Shown here in pieces: positions 36,335-49,632 of a stretch of 57,629 nt of DNA. Made by a program: the position numbers and the translations under genes. Source of the stretch: Chara braunii (Eukaryota; Plantae; Charophyceae); assembly GCA_003427395.1 (NCBI GenBank), contig BFEA01000013.1:5177236-5234864 (forward strand). Reading direction: 5' to 3'. Every line of letters begins with the position of its first letter. Positions within the stretch are counted from its first letter, which is position 1. The notes under the pieces are model-generated. The model saw only the letters and a program-made list of their open reading frames with translations, had not been told where the DNA came from and did no database searches.

Positions 36335-38530
36335 TCATTCTGCAACAATTAAACAAGAAGAAGTATCACCTTGGATTTTGTAAACCGTAGACGAAATAGC
36401 TGATACAAACGGAAATTGCAGAGGCCTTACATTGCAACTTCTTAGTGGCATGCTTGCATATGTGGGCAGGTCAATTTTGACTGATCTATAAGGGCGTTGT
36501 CTGAACACCGGATACACGTTTGATGGCAAATCAGTATAGTAAAAAGAAGGGAATTGTTCAAACGACAAACATTTTGGAACGCGGACAGCCGCCAAGTCCG
36601 GCGGGTTGCTTGGAAGCCAAACGTCAATATCAACATTGCTATCATGAAAAAGAGAGAACGCGATGTCTGAAGGAAACTGCAGAAAATGAAGAATGTCAAT
36701 TGTGCCGTTTGCGATTCATCGCGAAGGGTCAACATTTTGTGTAAAGATAAGAGGCATACCTGGGAGAAGATCAAGAAAGAGTGCAAACCGACCCAATTTG
36801 TTGTCTGGCAAAGACATAACATAATCCATATCTTGAAGATTGACTTTTCTGAATTTGTTACCGAAGTCGTCAACAATTCGAAGCGGCCGATGAGCATCAG
36901 GAAGCCCCCGACACAACGCGCATGTATAAATATGAGCTAAACCAACGAGGTTGTCATTATCAGTAGCAACAAAAATGGAAAAATCATTCGTGACATTTTT
37001 CAAACGATCGGTAAATCTTCTGTTGATAATGTCTACAAATGCAGGATTCCATTGAGCATCTTCATAGTCCTTCCCCCATTCCAGATCGGATTTGAATCGA
37101 ATACTGTTTTTGAGTATAATCACTGTTTCAAAAAAACGCCATAAGTTGAATGCTTCGTCGTCTGTCGATGTGTGTGCATGCATTAACGAAGGGTCATTAT
37201 ATACTTGAGTACCTCTAATCGATGGTAGTTGAAAGAAATCGTCGCCAGGTTCCATATGAATTCCGCCGAAAGGAAGATCGATTTTCCGGGCATCATGCAA
37301 AGCAATATCCAATCGCTGGAAATTTTGTTTAATCATCATACTGAACTCGTCAAAGATTAGCAATGCGAGTTCCGGTGTAAATCCAGGAATGCCCTTAAGT
37401 TGTGCATGTCGACAGTCAAAACGATTGTCGTCTTCAAGGTAATGCATCCCAATCCAGCTATGGAACGTCACACCACTAATAGCAACGACAACTTTTTCTG
37501 TCATCGTCGTTTTCATGACACTCTGTGGATGCTGCCATCTCGTTGCAAATGCGACAATGAGATTTATAACATGAGATTTCCCGGTGCCTCCTTCACCCGT
37601 AAAAAACATTAGCAATTGGTGTTCTTGTATTTTGCCCACGATGGTCTCTATTGGAGGCGGAGGACCTGTATCAAAGAGCGGAGTTTGCAAGAGCCAGGTG
37701 TTTAGAAGAGCTCGAACCAACAGAAAGAACGCGAGATGCTTTTTTTTGTTCAACAAAAAATCGCGTGAAATATATGAGATTGTAGGGAACAGCGAAGCAG
37801 AACCTTGTCCAGATGAAAAACCCGTTTGCCAAACACAGTTTTGAGGGCGCATTGCATCGGTGATTAAGCGAACACGTCCCGGGCATCGGAGGTTTTTCCA
37901 ACTACTGAATGCTGTCAATGTGTGTTCAGACATACGAGGTTTAGTTTTTGTCCAAGTTTGAGCAGCCTGAGGATGAACTATTCTTTGTTTCGTGAAATTT
38001 GAAAGCGGCGAAAAAATACTATCATGAATTGTCTTATATAATTTTAATGAAAGCGAAGCAGCTGGTAACATCAGTTTGAATGAATCGTGTGTGCCTTCAG
38101 CCATCGCCAACAACCGGCTGTTAATCATAGGAACATACGGTTGGAAATCATCGTACATTGAATCTACATCAATGTCTATAAATTCATTGTCTGAAACCGA
38201 CGATACTATAGGCACATCAATTGACGATGCGTTTGAAGCTGAGCATGATTCATCTGCGTCATCGTTCTCTTTAGCACGTTGGACAGACCTACTGGTACGC
38301 ATCATGTTCGCTCGTTCGCGTGCAACATGATAATCTTGCATTTGCAAGTAAACATCACATGTGAATGCCGACATGTTGTCATAAAAAGAAAGAAATTCTT
38401 CATGCCATGCCAAACCGACAGGTAACAAATCACCCAAAGTTCGAAATAACTTGAATAACAGCAATGTTATTTGTGCATGCCGCATTATTGATTCGTCATC
38501 TTCGCAAGCTCTTAGGTCAAAGATGCGCAT
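36335..38530 (-). pseudogene. PIF1-family SF1 helicase domain of Helitron RepHel
   Basis: Walker A FTGEGGTGKS, GVTFHS, Walker B LIFDEFSM, PFGG...DFFQLP, and QFPFVSAISSTVYKIQG in the frameshifted piece 36335-36595. Confidence 0.92.
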
Positions 38531-41500
38531 TGAATATGGGATGACAGGAATGGAGGTCTGCCTAGATTATGCCAAACATTTGTGCATAAATAACGGATGA
38601 GCAGGAAGGAAAAAACTATCGTCCGAGGGAACTTTCGATTTGTCACAACAATAAAAATGCATCCAAAATTCATAAAGACATGAACCCGAAGTGTAAGCGG
38701 ACAAAACACGTAATCGTCAAGCGGTTGTGTCACATTATACGAACCGTCTGTTTTTTCCAGAGAGCAAGTAATATTTTCGTCATCCTGCAATTGTTTGACC
38801 ATAAGGTAAAGTGAAATAGTCTTGTAAGTATGACTAAGGTATGCACACGACTGTCGCAAGAGATACAACGCACAGAGCGACTCTCCTGTTTCTTGTTTGT
38901 TTGTGACACTGAAAAGCTGAGAAGATAACTTCCGCCGAGCAATTGTTTCGGATGACAGCGGGGCATCTCCATCAACCAATTTTTCACGCTGCGAACGAGC
39001 ATCGAAAGCGGCTAACCGAAGTGTGGCGATGCAATCGATTTTTTGTTGGTCTTTTGTTGTATATTTACATAAATAAAATATACGCTCTGCAGCTTCAGCG
39101 CCTCCAAACAGGGGTTGAACATCATGGTTGCATTTAAATGTTCAAAGAATAACATAATTGTAACCATTAATATATTCTTCACAAGCACCGCGAGCAATTT
39201 CAACACCGGTTTGGTCAACGAATGTTTGTTCACAATATTTTTCTGATAAAAGATAGCGACAAACTGGTTCGTTTTTGTTCGTCTGCGAGTTTCTGAAGCA
39301 AGATGGTGTGTGTGTCCAGCAGTGTGTTTGTACAAGGTGAAGGAGCTCAGACAATGCCAAAAGGAAACAAACAAGACGTGGAGGGAGCGCAAGAAGTTTA
39401 TGGCTCGCAGAGTGTGCGTAAAATGGGTCGTCCGCCATACGAACATGTTTTGCTTGCGGCGGATTTAGAGACTGCAGATCAGCATACCCGAGCGACAAGG
39501 ATGTCTGCAGAATTTGTTACCGCAGCACATGGTGCGAACTGATCAACGCCCCTCAATGTGCACATCGTAAGCTAGGAGGTTCAATAACCTGTGGCCGTTT
39601 TTTGTCGGAGAATGGAGAACAACAAGCTGATGGAAGCATCGGGTAAATTTTATATGCCGGCGGCGACGCATGACATTGTGAGCAGGGCAAAAGCAAGGCA
39701 TTTTGAATTGCCTGTGCAATAACAACAATATTGATATACTGTATGATCAGCTCGTTGAACTCAACATGCGAACTTTGGAGGGTATCAAAATCAAATGTTG
39801 TCGTTGGAGCGCTCTCAAGCTAAACGAAACAGTGCAAGTGCAATGTTCCCCGACCTTGTGTTTCGACCATTCCGAAATATGCTCTCACGTGACCGAAAAG
39901 GCCGCCGTTCGGTTTAGATTTTCGCTTGGCATGATCAAAACCGAGGACAGTGTAAAAAAATATTGAAATCAGGCGGTCAAATAGCCTGGCGGAAGCGGCG
40001 TTATCTTTCATCGACATTTCTTTGAGACTTTCGGTATGCAAGGCAGAATCGTCAACAAAAACATTGCAAAAAGTGTGCACATCTAAAAGCCCTACATAAG
40101 ACGCAAAAGCATATGATGTGTCTGTGTTTGGTGTCAGGGTAACAAAAAGATTTGGCTGGCCGAAGCGGTTGCAAGTCGCAAATGCTTCTCGTCAGCGCGC
40201 TCGGCGTTCAGCGTTGCTTCCCCAGACATATGCAGACGCACATTCCACATGCTGCAACAGCTGAGCGACAACAGGGTTTGAGTCTGATACGTCATAGCCG
40301 CATTGCCGACGCCGTGTATTTTTCAAGCCAGCTTTTAACAAAGCGATGGTGAATTCAACGACGGGTTTACGCATGATCGATTTTGCAGGTGATATTTGAC
40401 ATTGCATATTCTCGATTGAGAGAAAAACGATCAAAAGTGGCTAGAGAATAATACAAATCCTGCGCAAAATGACGCGAACTCAACAAGCAATAACGTTTTG
40501 CGCACTGTAGTCGAGAGACCGAGACACTCCTGTTTTGTTCGCCTGAATGACCTCGTCCATACGAGAACAAATGTGGAAACATTTTTGCTTCGAGCATAAG
40601 GTCGAACAAACCAGCAAACTTCGAAGATGTGTGAACAACAAACACCGCCTCATTGTCGGATGTTTTGGTCGGCAGCTCTACCATATAATTTTCGATATCT
40701 CGATCGACGAGCTCTGTGGCGTAAGAAAAAAAGACGGACTTTTCAATATACGTTTCTTCAGGCGCAGTCTCTTGCGGGGCATTCAAACCATCCTGCTCAT
40801 CATCCAACAGTTTCGCAAAAACAGTATCGGACGAAAGGTCCTCGATAATATCATGAGGTACATAGCTCAAATCATCGACAGGAGGTGTGTCCAGGTGTCG
40901 CTTTTCAAGTTCAACATCTTTGTAAAGGGTGTTGTGTGACATGTAAAATATCAACAAGTCATGCACAACTGAATGCCTGATACGATGCAGTTTTCGGATC
41001 CGTGTGATATGTGAATCGGTGAAAGGTCCGGCAAGAATGATACAGTAAAATGCTTCTTTCGTGAGTAATCTCAGTAACAATGTTGCAGCGGGACGGGGGA
41101 TCGCATCAAAGATAAGCACATGGGATCGAATCGACCGATGCAACCCTCCACACATGATTCTTGTCTATGCTATCATGTTTGTGACACTTGTCATAAGCAA
41201 TTCAAGCCACGTGGCGTCCTCCAGACATTTTGGCAACGCGCTCATGAAAAAATAGTTCGCGATTGCAAATTTTAGAAGATGCACACGCCATTTCGGATCA
41301 AGAAGTGTTTTATCACATTCGGTGCATATATTGAGCGTGACAGTGTTTTTGTCTGTCACAGTTATGCCAGCACGCGATAACATAAGATTATGTAGCAACG
41401 AACATAAAATGTGCAATCATAAAAACGCAAAAGATCCGGATGCAACGGCGGGTCAGGATTGTGAAGATACTTATGCATGTGTTGAATCCTTCAGGACTCC

Positions 41501-43188
41501 GATGATGAATAAGTAAAAATGTTCCTCGTGAGAACGAGCTCGTCGCAAACACAATAAACAACCTCAACAAGTTGTTCGGGACTCAGTTCTTGAACCAGCA
41601 GATTAGCAATGTCATTTTTCTGGTGTTGTGTCACCGACTACATGAACACCGGGGAATCTCTGAGACATGCTCCACGGTTGCGTGCAAGGTTTTTAAGACG
41701 CATGTGTCTTATCGGTTGAGGAAGATTTTTTTGCAGCTCAGAAGAGTTTAAAGGCTGCACAACGTTTCGAAATATATGTTGATCCGCTTTGACATCAGCT
41801 TCACATTCTGCCGAGCAAGCTGTTTCAACCGCAGTTTTGGCTATTTTTTATCAGCTTTGTTTTGTTTCGATATCAAAAGGCCAATGCTTTCTTCCTCTAA
41901 ATGTTCTGATTGTCAGTTGGTGTCGTTGTGACCAGATGTGTCACATGCATTGCTGCGAACTTGAATAGGCAGACCAGCGACGATTTTTTTGCGTAGTCGT
42001 GCTTCTGTATGCTATGCTGCGTCCCGTGCTAAACGCTTGCGGCGAGATTCGTCAGATTTAGACAGTTTACGTAAGCGCAATGCCGCTCTTCGTTTTTGTA
42101 ATCTTATCTCCCTTTCTTTCGGGGTCTCTGGTCGGATCTGTTTTCGACCTCCATCGATGTATACATTTGAAGAGCCGAAGGAGCCCAGCACAGCAGGGAG
42201 AATGAAGAGTGATGTATTTTGGTTGGACATCTTGTCAACAAATGGAAGGACAGTTTAATTTTCGGATCTCTTCACCCATTCTTTTGTCCGCCGGTGGGGT
42301 TTTTGTGGGAAACGTTGCCAGCAAGGTGAAGGAAACTCGATTCGGGCTGGCCAAGTAAGCAAAAGTTTAAAGCACCCAGTAAACAAACATGAACGTATAA
42401 CGGCACAGACAGCTATGCAACAGAAAAATTCCCACGAGAAATGGAAGTTGAAAAAACATTTCATAAAAAAAAATCCTTCATATTTATAAATGTTCATTCC
42501 AATGTTCGTCCAATTCTAAAATTTTCAATTTTATTTGATAAGTTTCCCTCCAAATATGAGTTTTCCCTTCCAACTACATTTATTTGTTCAAGATGGAATG
42601 AAAGTCTGGACGAGTTTATGAAATGTTTTAATTAAATTTCCATTCTACTACAACAAATATCTTCTAATTTAGATTGAATTAAACTATTTATGAATGAAAA
42701 TCCTTACTTAGAATGACAGTCCAATTAAAATATTTCATGAACTCATCCACAGTTTCATTCCATCTCTAGCATGTATTCCAAATAAGAAGGGATACCCTAT
42801 TCTTGAAATGAAAGCTTGCAAGTAAGATGAAAAATTTTAAAATTGGAATGACATTTTTTAAGATGGAATGAAAATTTAAAATTTAGATTGTAATTTTACT
42901 ATAGAATGATTATTGAATTCTAGAAATTTTTTTCGTTGTGTCAATTTGACATCGCAACGTACATAAATTTTATGCTTCTTATTCTGCACGCAAAATTTGA
43001 TATGTCATTTGTTTCCATACACGACATCGAAGTTTTGCTCAACGCAAATGTATTACTAACCTGTTATGAAAGAGAAAAACCGCTTTCCAAAAACCTGCAA
43101 ATAAAAATACCACATAGAACGTGACCGACGAAAATTCAACCTCCATTCATGTGTTCGACCCGACCTTTTTTTTTTTTTTTTTTTTTTT

Positions 43189-43232
<44 letters not shown>

Positions 43233-44303
43233 CCTTTTTTTTTTTTTCTTTTTTTTTTTTCTTTATTTCCTTTGATACGAACTTGCATCTATATTCAGCA
43301 AACAAGCAGTGAAAACATAACGCACTTCGGTTGACCCTTGAAGCCAGTTTGTATACATGACCGTCCTCCACTTTTCTTTTGCCTTTTTTTTCCTATCGGT
43401 GAACCTGCAAATCCATTTGCCACTCCCCCCGAAAAATATTTCTATTAATTTTGACCATCATTCTTTTGTAAATATCTATAATATTGAAAAGATGTGAAGA
43501 ACAATGCACAAAGATAGACAGATAGATAGATATTTAGGTAGATAGCCAGACAGATAGAGAGACCGAGAGAAAGAAAGAGTATCTCAATCTTTTGCACTTG
43601 TCCAAACGTGGGCAGGTTCGGGAATTCGATCTAATCCTCTTTGCTAGCGGGACCTCGCCCCTGCATCCAATGGTGTATTTTATTTTTTTCCCTTGTCGAT
43701 ACAATCTGGGTTAATCCTAAGATTGTTGCAAAGCTCCCTGACAAATGCGTGACCTTTGCTAGCGGGACGTCGTCCTTGGATTCAATTTCAACACTTCACC
43801 AAATGTATCAACGCAATGCGCCAAAATTTGGAACGGTCTATTTTTTTTTTTTCTTTTGGCGATACAACCCGGGTCAATTGTAAGATTGTTGAAAAGCTCT
43901 TTGACATATGCGTAGCCTTTGCTAGTGGTGGAGTGAGGCTCTTTCTCCCCGGTCATTCGAGAAAAGAATGCTATATTTTGAACGGAACCAAGACTCCGGA
44001 CCTCGCTCCACTGCTGCTCTCGATGACAAGCATCGACATACATAAAAGATTACATCCGTGTCTCAATATTTCACCAAATGCACCAATGCAATGCTCTGAA
44101 ATTTCGCATGGTCTTTTTTTTTTCTCCCCCTTGGTGATACAACGTTGGTTATTCCTAAGATTGTTGCAAAGGTTTTTGACACATGCGCGATCCGCTTCCC
44201 GCCGTTTTTTTTTGTTTTTTTTGAAAATTCGTATCAACCAAAAACATGGCTACTATATGTGGCTTGCTTTGATGCATTATCCCCAGCTGTTGATTTGTTT
44301 TAA

Positions 44304-45169
44304 ACCACCAGTACCTTCGAGCCTGTTTTTGCTGACCCTGATTTTCACTCCGCTCCGAGTCTTGCCGAGCCTGGGTCCCACTCCATTTCTTTATGGTACT
44401 CTCACCACGGGAAGAAAAAAAAAAANNNNNNNNNNNNNNNNNNNNNNNNNNNNNNNNNNNNNNNNNNNNNNNNNNNNNNNNNNNNNNNNNNNNNNNNNNN
44501 NNNNNNNNNNNNNNNNNNNNNNNNNNNNNNAAAGTTGCGGTCGTAAAAACTCAGAAAAAAAAAAAAAAGACAAAGCTCTGGGCGTGATTGCAGCTGTCAA
44601 AAAAAAAAAAAAAATGGACAAACATGGATTCGCCCGTGAAAATGGCAAGATACATTCCCGTAAGTGCGAGTGTGATCAGGGTTACAATCCTCTGAGGGAA
44701 CACAGCTCGAGCAGATCACGGATTTAGATTGTTAGAGTCAAGAAAAAAAAAACAAGAAAAAACAAACGAAAACATGGATTCGGCCTTGAAAACAGCTGGA
44801 TACATCAGTGTTACAATCATCTGAGGAAACAACACTAGAGCAGATCACGGATTCCGCCCTGCCTCGTTGGCAGGGTACTCATAACAAACAAATACAAAAG
44901 AAAAAAAGAAAACAATAAGTTTGAGAACGTGACCGTCTTTGCTGTAAGATGCATGCAAGACTGTGAGGTTGTGTGAGCACAGTCTCCTACACATCCCTGC
45001 CCGACATCATTGCAGTACAAAGGCCCGTTTTTTTTCCTTTCCCTTTCGTGCACGGGCAAAAAAAAAAAACGACTTTTGGGACATTGCCGACCCTCTGTCC
45101 GACCCCCGAAAAGTTCGGGTACTAGCCAGTATCACGTAATTTCCCAACACTGGGGAAGGTATTGGTGGT
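44304..45169. mobile_element. Second TTAA-flanked TIR element (MITE-sized) with the same termini as 15660-25949
   Basis: TTAA at 44300-44303, then ACCACCAGTACCTTC ... GAAGGTATTGGTGGT, then TTAA at 45170-45173. The TIR is 15 bp with 1 mismatch. No coding capacity was seen and the element contains a gap. Confidence 0.8.
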
Positions 45170-45661
45170 TTAAGTCTGTTCGGTGGAGAACGCATGCGAT
45201 CAACATCTGGTGTTTCCCATTTGACCAAAATTTGAATGACGAGCTACGAGCACTTTTCACAACAGCGCCCGTTAACAAACGGTGCTTCATTTCACGAAAT
45301 ATACGAACCAGCATAGGAGCATCCAAATTCAACCCGACAGAAAGATTTATGCCGCATTTTTCGTCACAGCTTGTAATCGGGCCAAGTGCTAGCGGTTTTT
45401 AGAATCAGATCCTGGCTTCGTCTGTCTGAACGACAGAATTTGCGCGTATGCCAAATGCGCGGCGCAGAGCAGGTGTGAGCCTGTGAACAACCAGATGAAG
45501 GGCAACATCTTAAGGCTGTCTTTCGAAAAAAGAAGAAAAACAAAAACGAGGCAACGAGGAAAACAGCGGGGAGTTTAGTTTTATCCGTAATAAAGCTTTT
45601 GTGGGAAATTTGTGGGATTTTTTTCGATTTTTTTTTGTTGAGCCCTTTTTGGGTTTTCGCA

Positions 45662-45826
45662 CGGTCCGGTCATCCAGGACCTGGGCATGCCATAGCCTAG
45701 GGCGCTTATCATGGACGGGCGAGGTGTATCGTGAAGCCGTTTCGTACGGTCTGGTCACCCGGGACCCGGGCATGCCATACCCAGGGGCGCTTATCATGGA
45801 TGGGCGAGGTGTATTGTAAAGCCGTC
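45662..45826. repeat. Two tandem ~80-bp GC-rich diverged copies
   Basis: cggtccggtcatccaggacctgggcatgcc...gaagccgt is followed by cggtctggtcacccgggacccggcatgcc...aaagccgt. Confidence 0.8.
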
Positions 45827-46078
45827 AAGCCTCAAAGGAATTTAAGCAAAAGCGACATGAATTTTTCCTTGGCGTTGTGGACAGGTGGCGGGCCTATCAG
45901 GAAGGACAACAGGTCATACGAATAGTTGGAAACATTTCGAGACCGCAAGGGCGAGAAATAACCAGGCGCAGCGGTGTAGCTGGGTAAGCTTAGATACTTG
46001 AAGCAGTCATTAGCAATGACCACGCGTTGATGCAGTCAAATTTCCATGGCGAGAATCCGAGTTTGTGTGTGTGTGTGT

Positions 46079-46119
<41 letters not shown>

Positions 46120-47764
46120 ATTGTTAGCGCACAGCCGGTTCAACAGCCCCCCTGATACTCGAACTCCATCACAGACTGAAACACATGTAAAAGCCCATGC
46201 GTAGCCCCTCTATCCCAACGGTGGCGAGAATCGCCAGAATCGAAGACATAACTGTTAGGATGTTAACGTCTCATTGAACATCTTGTGGCACCAAGTTTGG
46301 TTGTCTGTTTTCACAGGATGGTAGGAGTGTGAACAAGAGATAACACGAAAGATCCAAACTGAAAACTAACAGTGAATGCTGCTAAGGGGCAATCAATTTT
46401 CCAACGCTTGTTAATTGATCAGCACAGAACATGATGAGCTGAAAAGAAATGGAGAATTGAATGTTTGACACAAGCGTGATTGTACAGGAGGAAACGAGAA
46501 AGGGGGAGCCGAGCAACCGGGTCGAAAAGAGTTCGAAGCAGAACACAAAGTTCAAACCTCGCTTTGCCGTATTCGTTAGCTTGGCTTCTTTGCGAATCTT
46601 CAGTGGTCACTCACTATCGTCTTTCCTAAGAAGTTGGCTTGCAACAGAACAAAGCATGGGTAAAACGAGCTGAGCTTTCATGCAACGAAACAAGGGCGCG
46701 ACACAGCCATCATCATAGGAAACATCAATTCCTCGTCTATTGAGCACACTATGGTAGACACATACGAGGAAGAACAAAAATAAAAGCACGTACTCATTCT
46801 TTGTTTTTCAACCAAACAGAACGCGAAGAAGTTCCAATCTATATCACCATCGATATATGCCTCTAGGTTTCATCTATGTTAGGCAGTATACGACTACAGT
46901 ACCTATTGATTAGGCAGTGTATGACTACATTACCTATCGGTTAGTACGCGGTCGTTATCAGATTGATTAGTACGTGGCCGTTATCGAAATTCAGAGCGAT
47001 CTGGCGGAGACGTCCAAATTGCTGCGCTACACTGTCCGAATGTCTGCACTGCGTTGTCAATTCAACGAGAATCATTATATGAGATGAGACCGGATTGGAT
47101 TGGCACCGTTACTACTTCGTGGCCAGCATATCTGCACGTATGCTTTTTCGTCATTTTCGCTTCTGCGGTGAGAATCATTATATGAGATCAGATTGGAGCA
47201 TGGTCCGGTGACGTGAAAGGAAAAGGAAAAAAAAAGAAAAAAAAGGCGTCAGCTGAAAATCAGGCAGTCGGGCCCGACGAACAAAAGCCAAAGCAGAAGC
47301 AAAAGCAAAATGTTCAAAGATCACATTCCGAACAGAAGAAAGAAAATGCTCAGAGACTAAGTGAGAAGAAAGCGAGAAAACTGCACAGAAGAAGAGGGGA
47401 AAAATATAAGAACGACTGCTTGCCACGTGTAGCCGCTCAACGTTTGCCATCTCCTCTTCCTTTCTAGTGCTCCTTGTTCAACCAGTTGCAGCAGGACATT
47501 TCGACCCTTCCCCTTTTTAGACCAGTGCTGTTTGTTTAATCAGTTGCAGCAGGGGAGGGGGGCATTAACCCTACTCTTGTAACTGCGTGGTAATCGTGAG
47601 AAATGACGGTAGCGACTCGACAAACAACAAATGCCTTTTCGCCCTACTGCAACATCCTTTCAAACTTCCTTAACCAGCTTGTCTCCCAATCCACCATTTA
47701 AAACGAACAGCCTACACGCCATCAGTCGTCATTGTCATTGCCATCACCACAGACATACAGACAC

Positions 47765-47893
<129 letters not shown>

Positions 47894-47930
47894 NNNNNNN
47901 NNNNNNNNNNNNNNNNNNNNNNNNNNNNNN

Positions 47931-48003
<73 letters not shown>

Positions 48004-48145
48004 AAGAGAGAAAGCGGCAACTTGACAAACAACATACAGGCCAAGAGGAAAGAAGAAAGGTACATGAAATTGAGAGTGAATGGGAGAAGAGACGACGAGA
48101 CACCATGACGACATGCAGTGAACTAAACTAGTAATCGAAGGTACT

Positions 48146-49632
48146 CTAATTACGTTATCGGCAAGAATCTATCCATCACATAATTAATCATATAATCAAC
48201 CACAGCAAACAGCCGATCACGACAAAAGGAACATGGCACTAGCTATTTTCGATGAAGCCGAACTGTTGTACAGCGCGGCGAACTCACAAGCGAACAGAAC
48301 AAGAAAGCATTATGAGCAGACCTCGTAAGAACATGGACAAATAATGGCAGATTGTGTCAAGAATACAAAACGAGGAAGTCATTATATGAACAAAAAACAG
48401 GTATAAAGAACAGAACGGCAGGAAACAGAAAAGAAACAAAAGAATTGTTTCTTTTCTCGGCAAGAAAGAGAAACAAACGGATGTGCTGCGCCGCAGCAGG
48501 TGAAAAAAAAAAAAAAACAAGAACAGAAAAAAAAAAAGGAATGAGCGAAGGGGCTGTCATGGTAAGAAAAGGCAGGCGATTGACGAGGACCGCCTGCAAT
48601 GGTATTCACCATCGCCATAAAATCTTAAAACAGGAAAAAAAAAATCAGCAGAGCGAGTTCCCAAAAACGGGAAAATAGTAATCGATGATCCAAAAAGAAG
48701 GGCTGCTAGGGGAGCGCACCTCGCACACTAAGCATATCAGATACGGAGGTGACTTGCGGTATGATTTTCTTCCGTTCCGGCAAAATAAGATAGGGGGCTG
48801 ATTGCGTGCTCCATGATGATCGACATATAACCCGGAGCTGGTTAATGGGCTCAGGCCGGTCGTCTGACTAGAGAGCAGCAGTTGGATGAGAATCCCAGGG
48901 GCGACTTGAGGTGAGGAACCCTAACGAACTCGCGTGACAGCCTGCAGTGATTTGAAATTCCAATTAAACACCGACTGATCTTCACGACTCTCTGGTTGTT
49001 GAAGAAGCGGACAGGCCAGAACTCCGATGATTGCACCCACTGACCATATTATTGCGCTGAAGGCGCGCTCTCTAAGCGGGGAGCGGGAGATACTGGCGGG
49101 CTTTCACAGGGCTGACTGATTGATTGACGACACGGACGAGCTTCTCGGATGTCAGGCCAGCATACAAGTTTCTCTCTCTCTAAAAACAATGATATCACTT
49201 GATTGCCGTCGGTTGGATTTTCGTGCAGAGCAATATGCTAATTACGTAGCGTCCAGAATCTATCGATCACGTAATTAATCACACAATCAACCACAACAAA
49301 TAGCCGATCACGAAAAAAAGGAACATGTTACTAGCTGCTTTCGATGAAGCCGAACTGTTCTACAGCGCCGTGAACTTACAAACGAAATATGGACAAATAA
49401 TGGCAGATTGTGTCAAGAACACAAAACGAGGAAGTCATTATATGAACAAAAGACGGGTATAAAGAACAGAACGACAGAAAAGAGAAAAAAATGAAAGAAT
49501 TGTTTCTTTTCTCGGCAAGAAAGAGAAACAAACGGACGTGTTGCGCCGCGGCGGGTGAAAAAAAAAAACAAGGACCCCCCCCAAAAAAAGGAACGAGCGG
49601 AGGGACTGTCATGCCAAGAAAAGGCAGGCGAT
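48146..49632. repeat. ~400-bp diverged direct duplication (48146-48580 and 49238-49632)
   Basis: Shared blocks such as ttcgatgaagccgaactgtt, atggacaaataatggcagattgtgtcaagaa and ctcggcaagaaagagaaacaaacgga. Confidence 0.85.

Larger units (their letters stand above)
35165..42230 (-). mobile_element. Decayed Helitron (Helitron2/Helentron-like RepHel) coding region; termini not resolved
   Basis: Collinear fragments: R/K/E-rich N-terminus, CxxC..KFAIAN (41165-41416), FPHLFSYGRG (40367-41155), HUH motif VETQGRGTLHLH (39820-40080), CR..INGYN..CNHDV, FYLCKYTTK (~39050-39080), then a PIF1 helicase. Confidence 0.9.
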
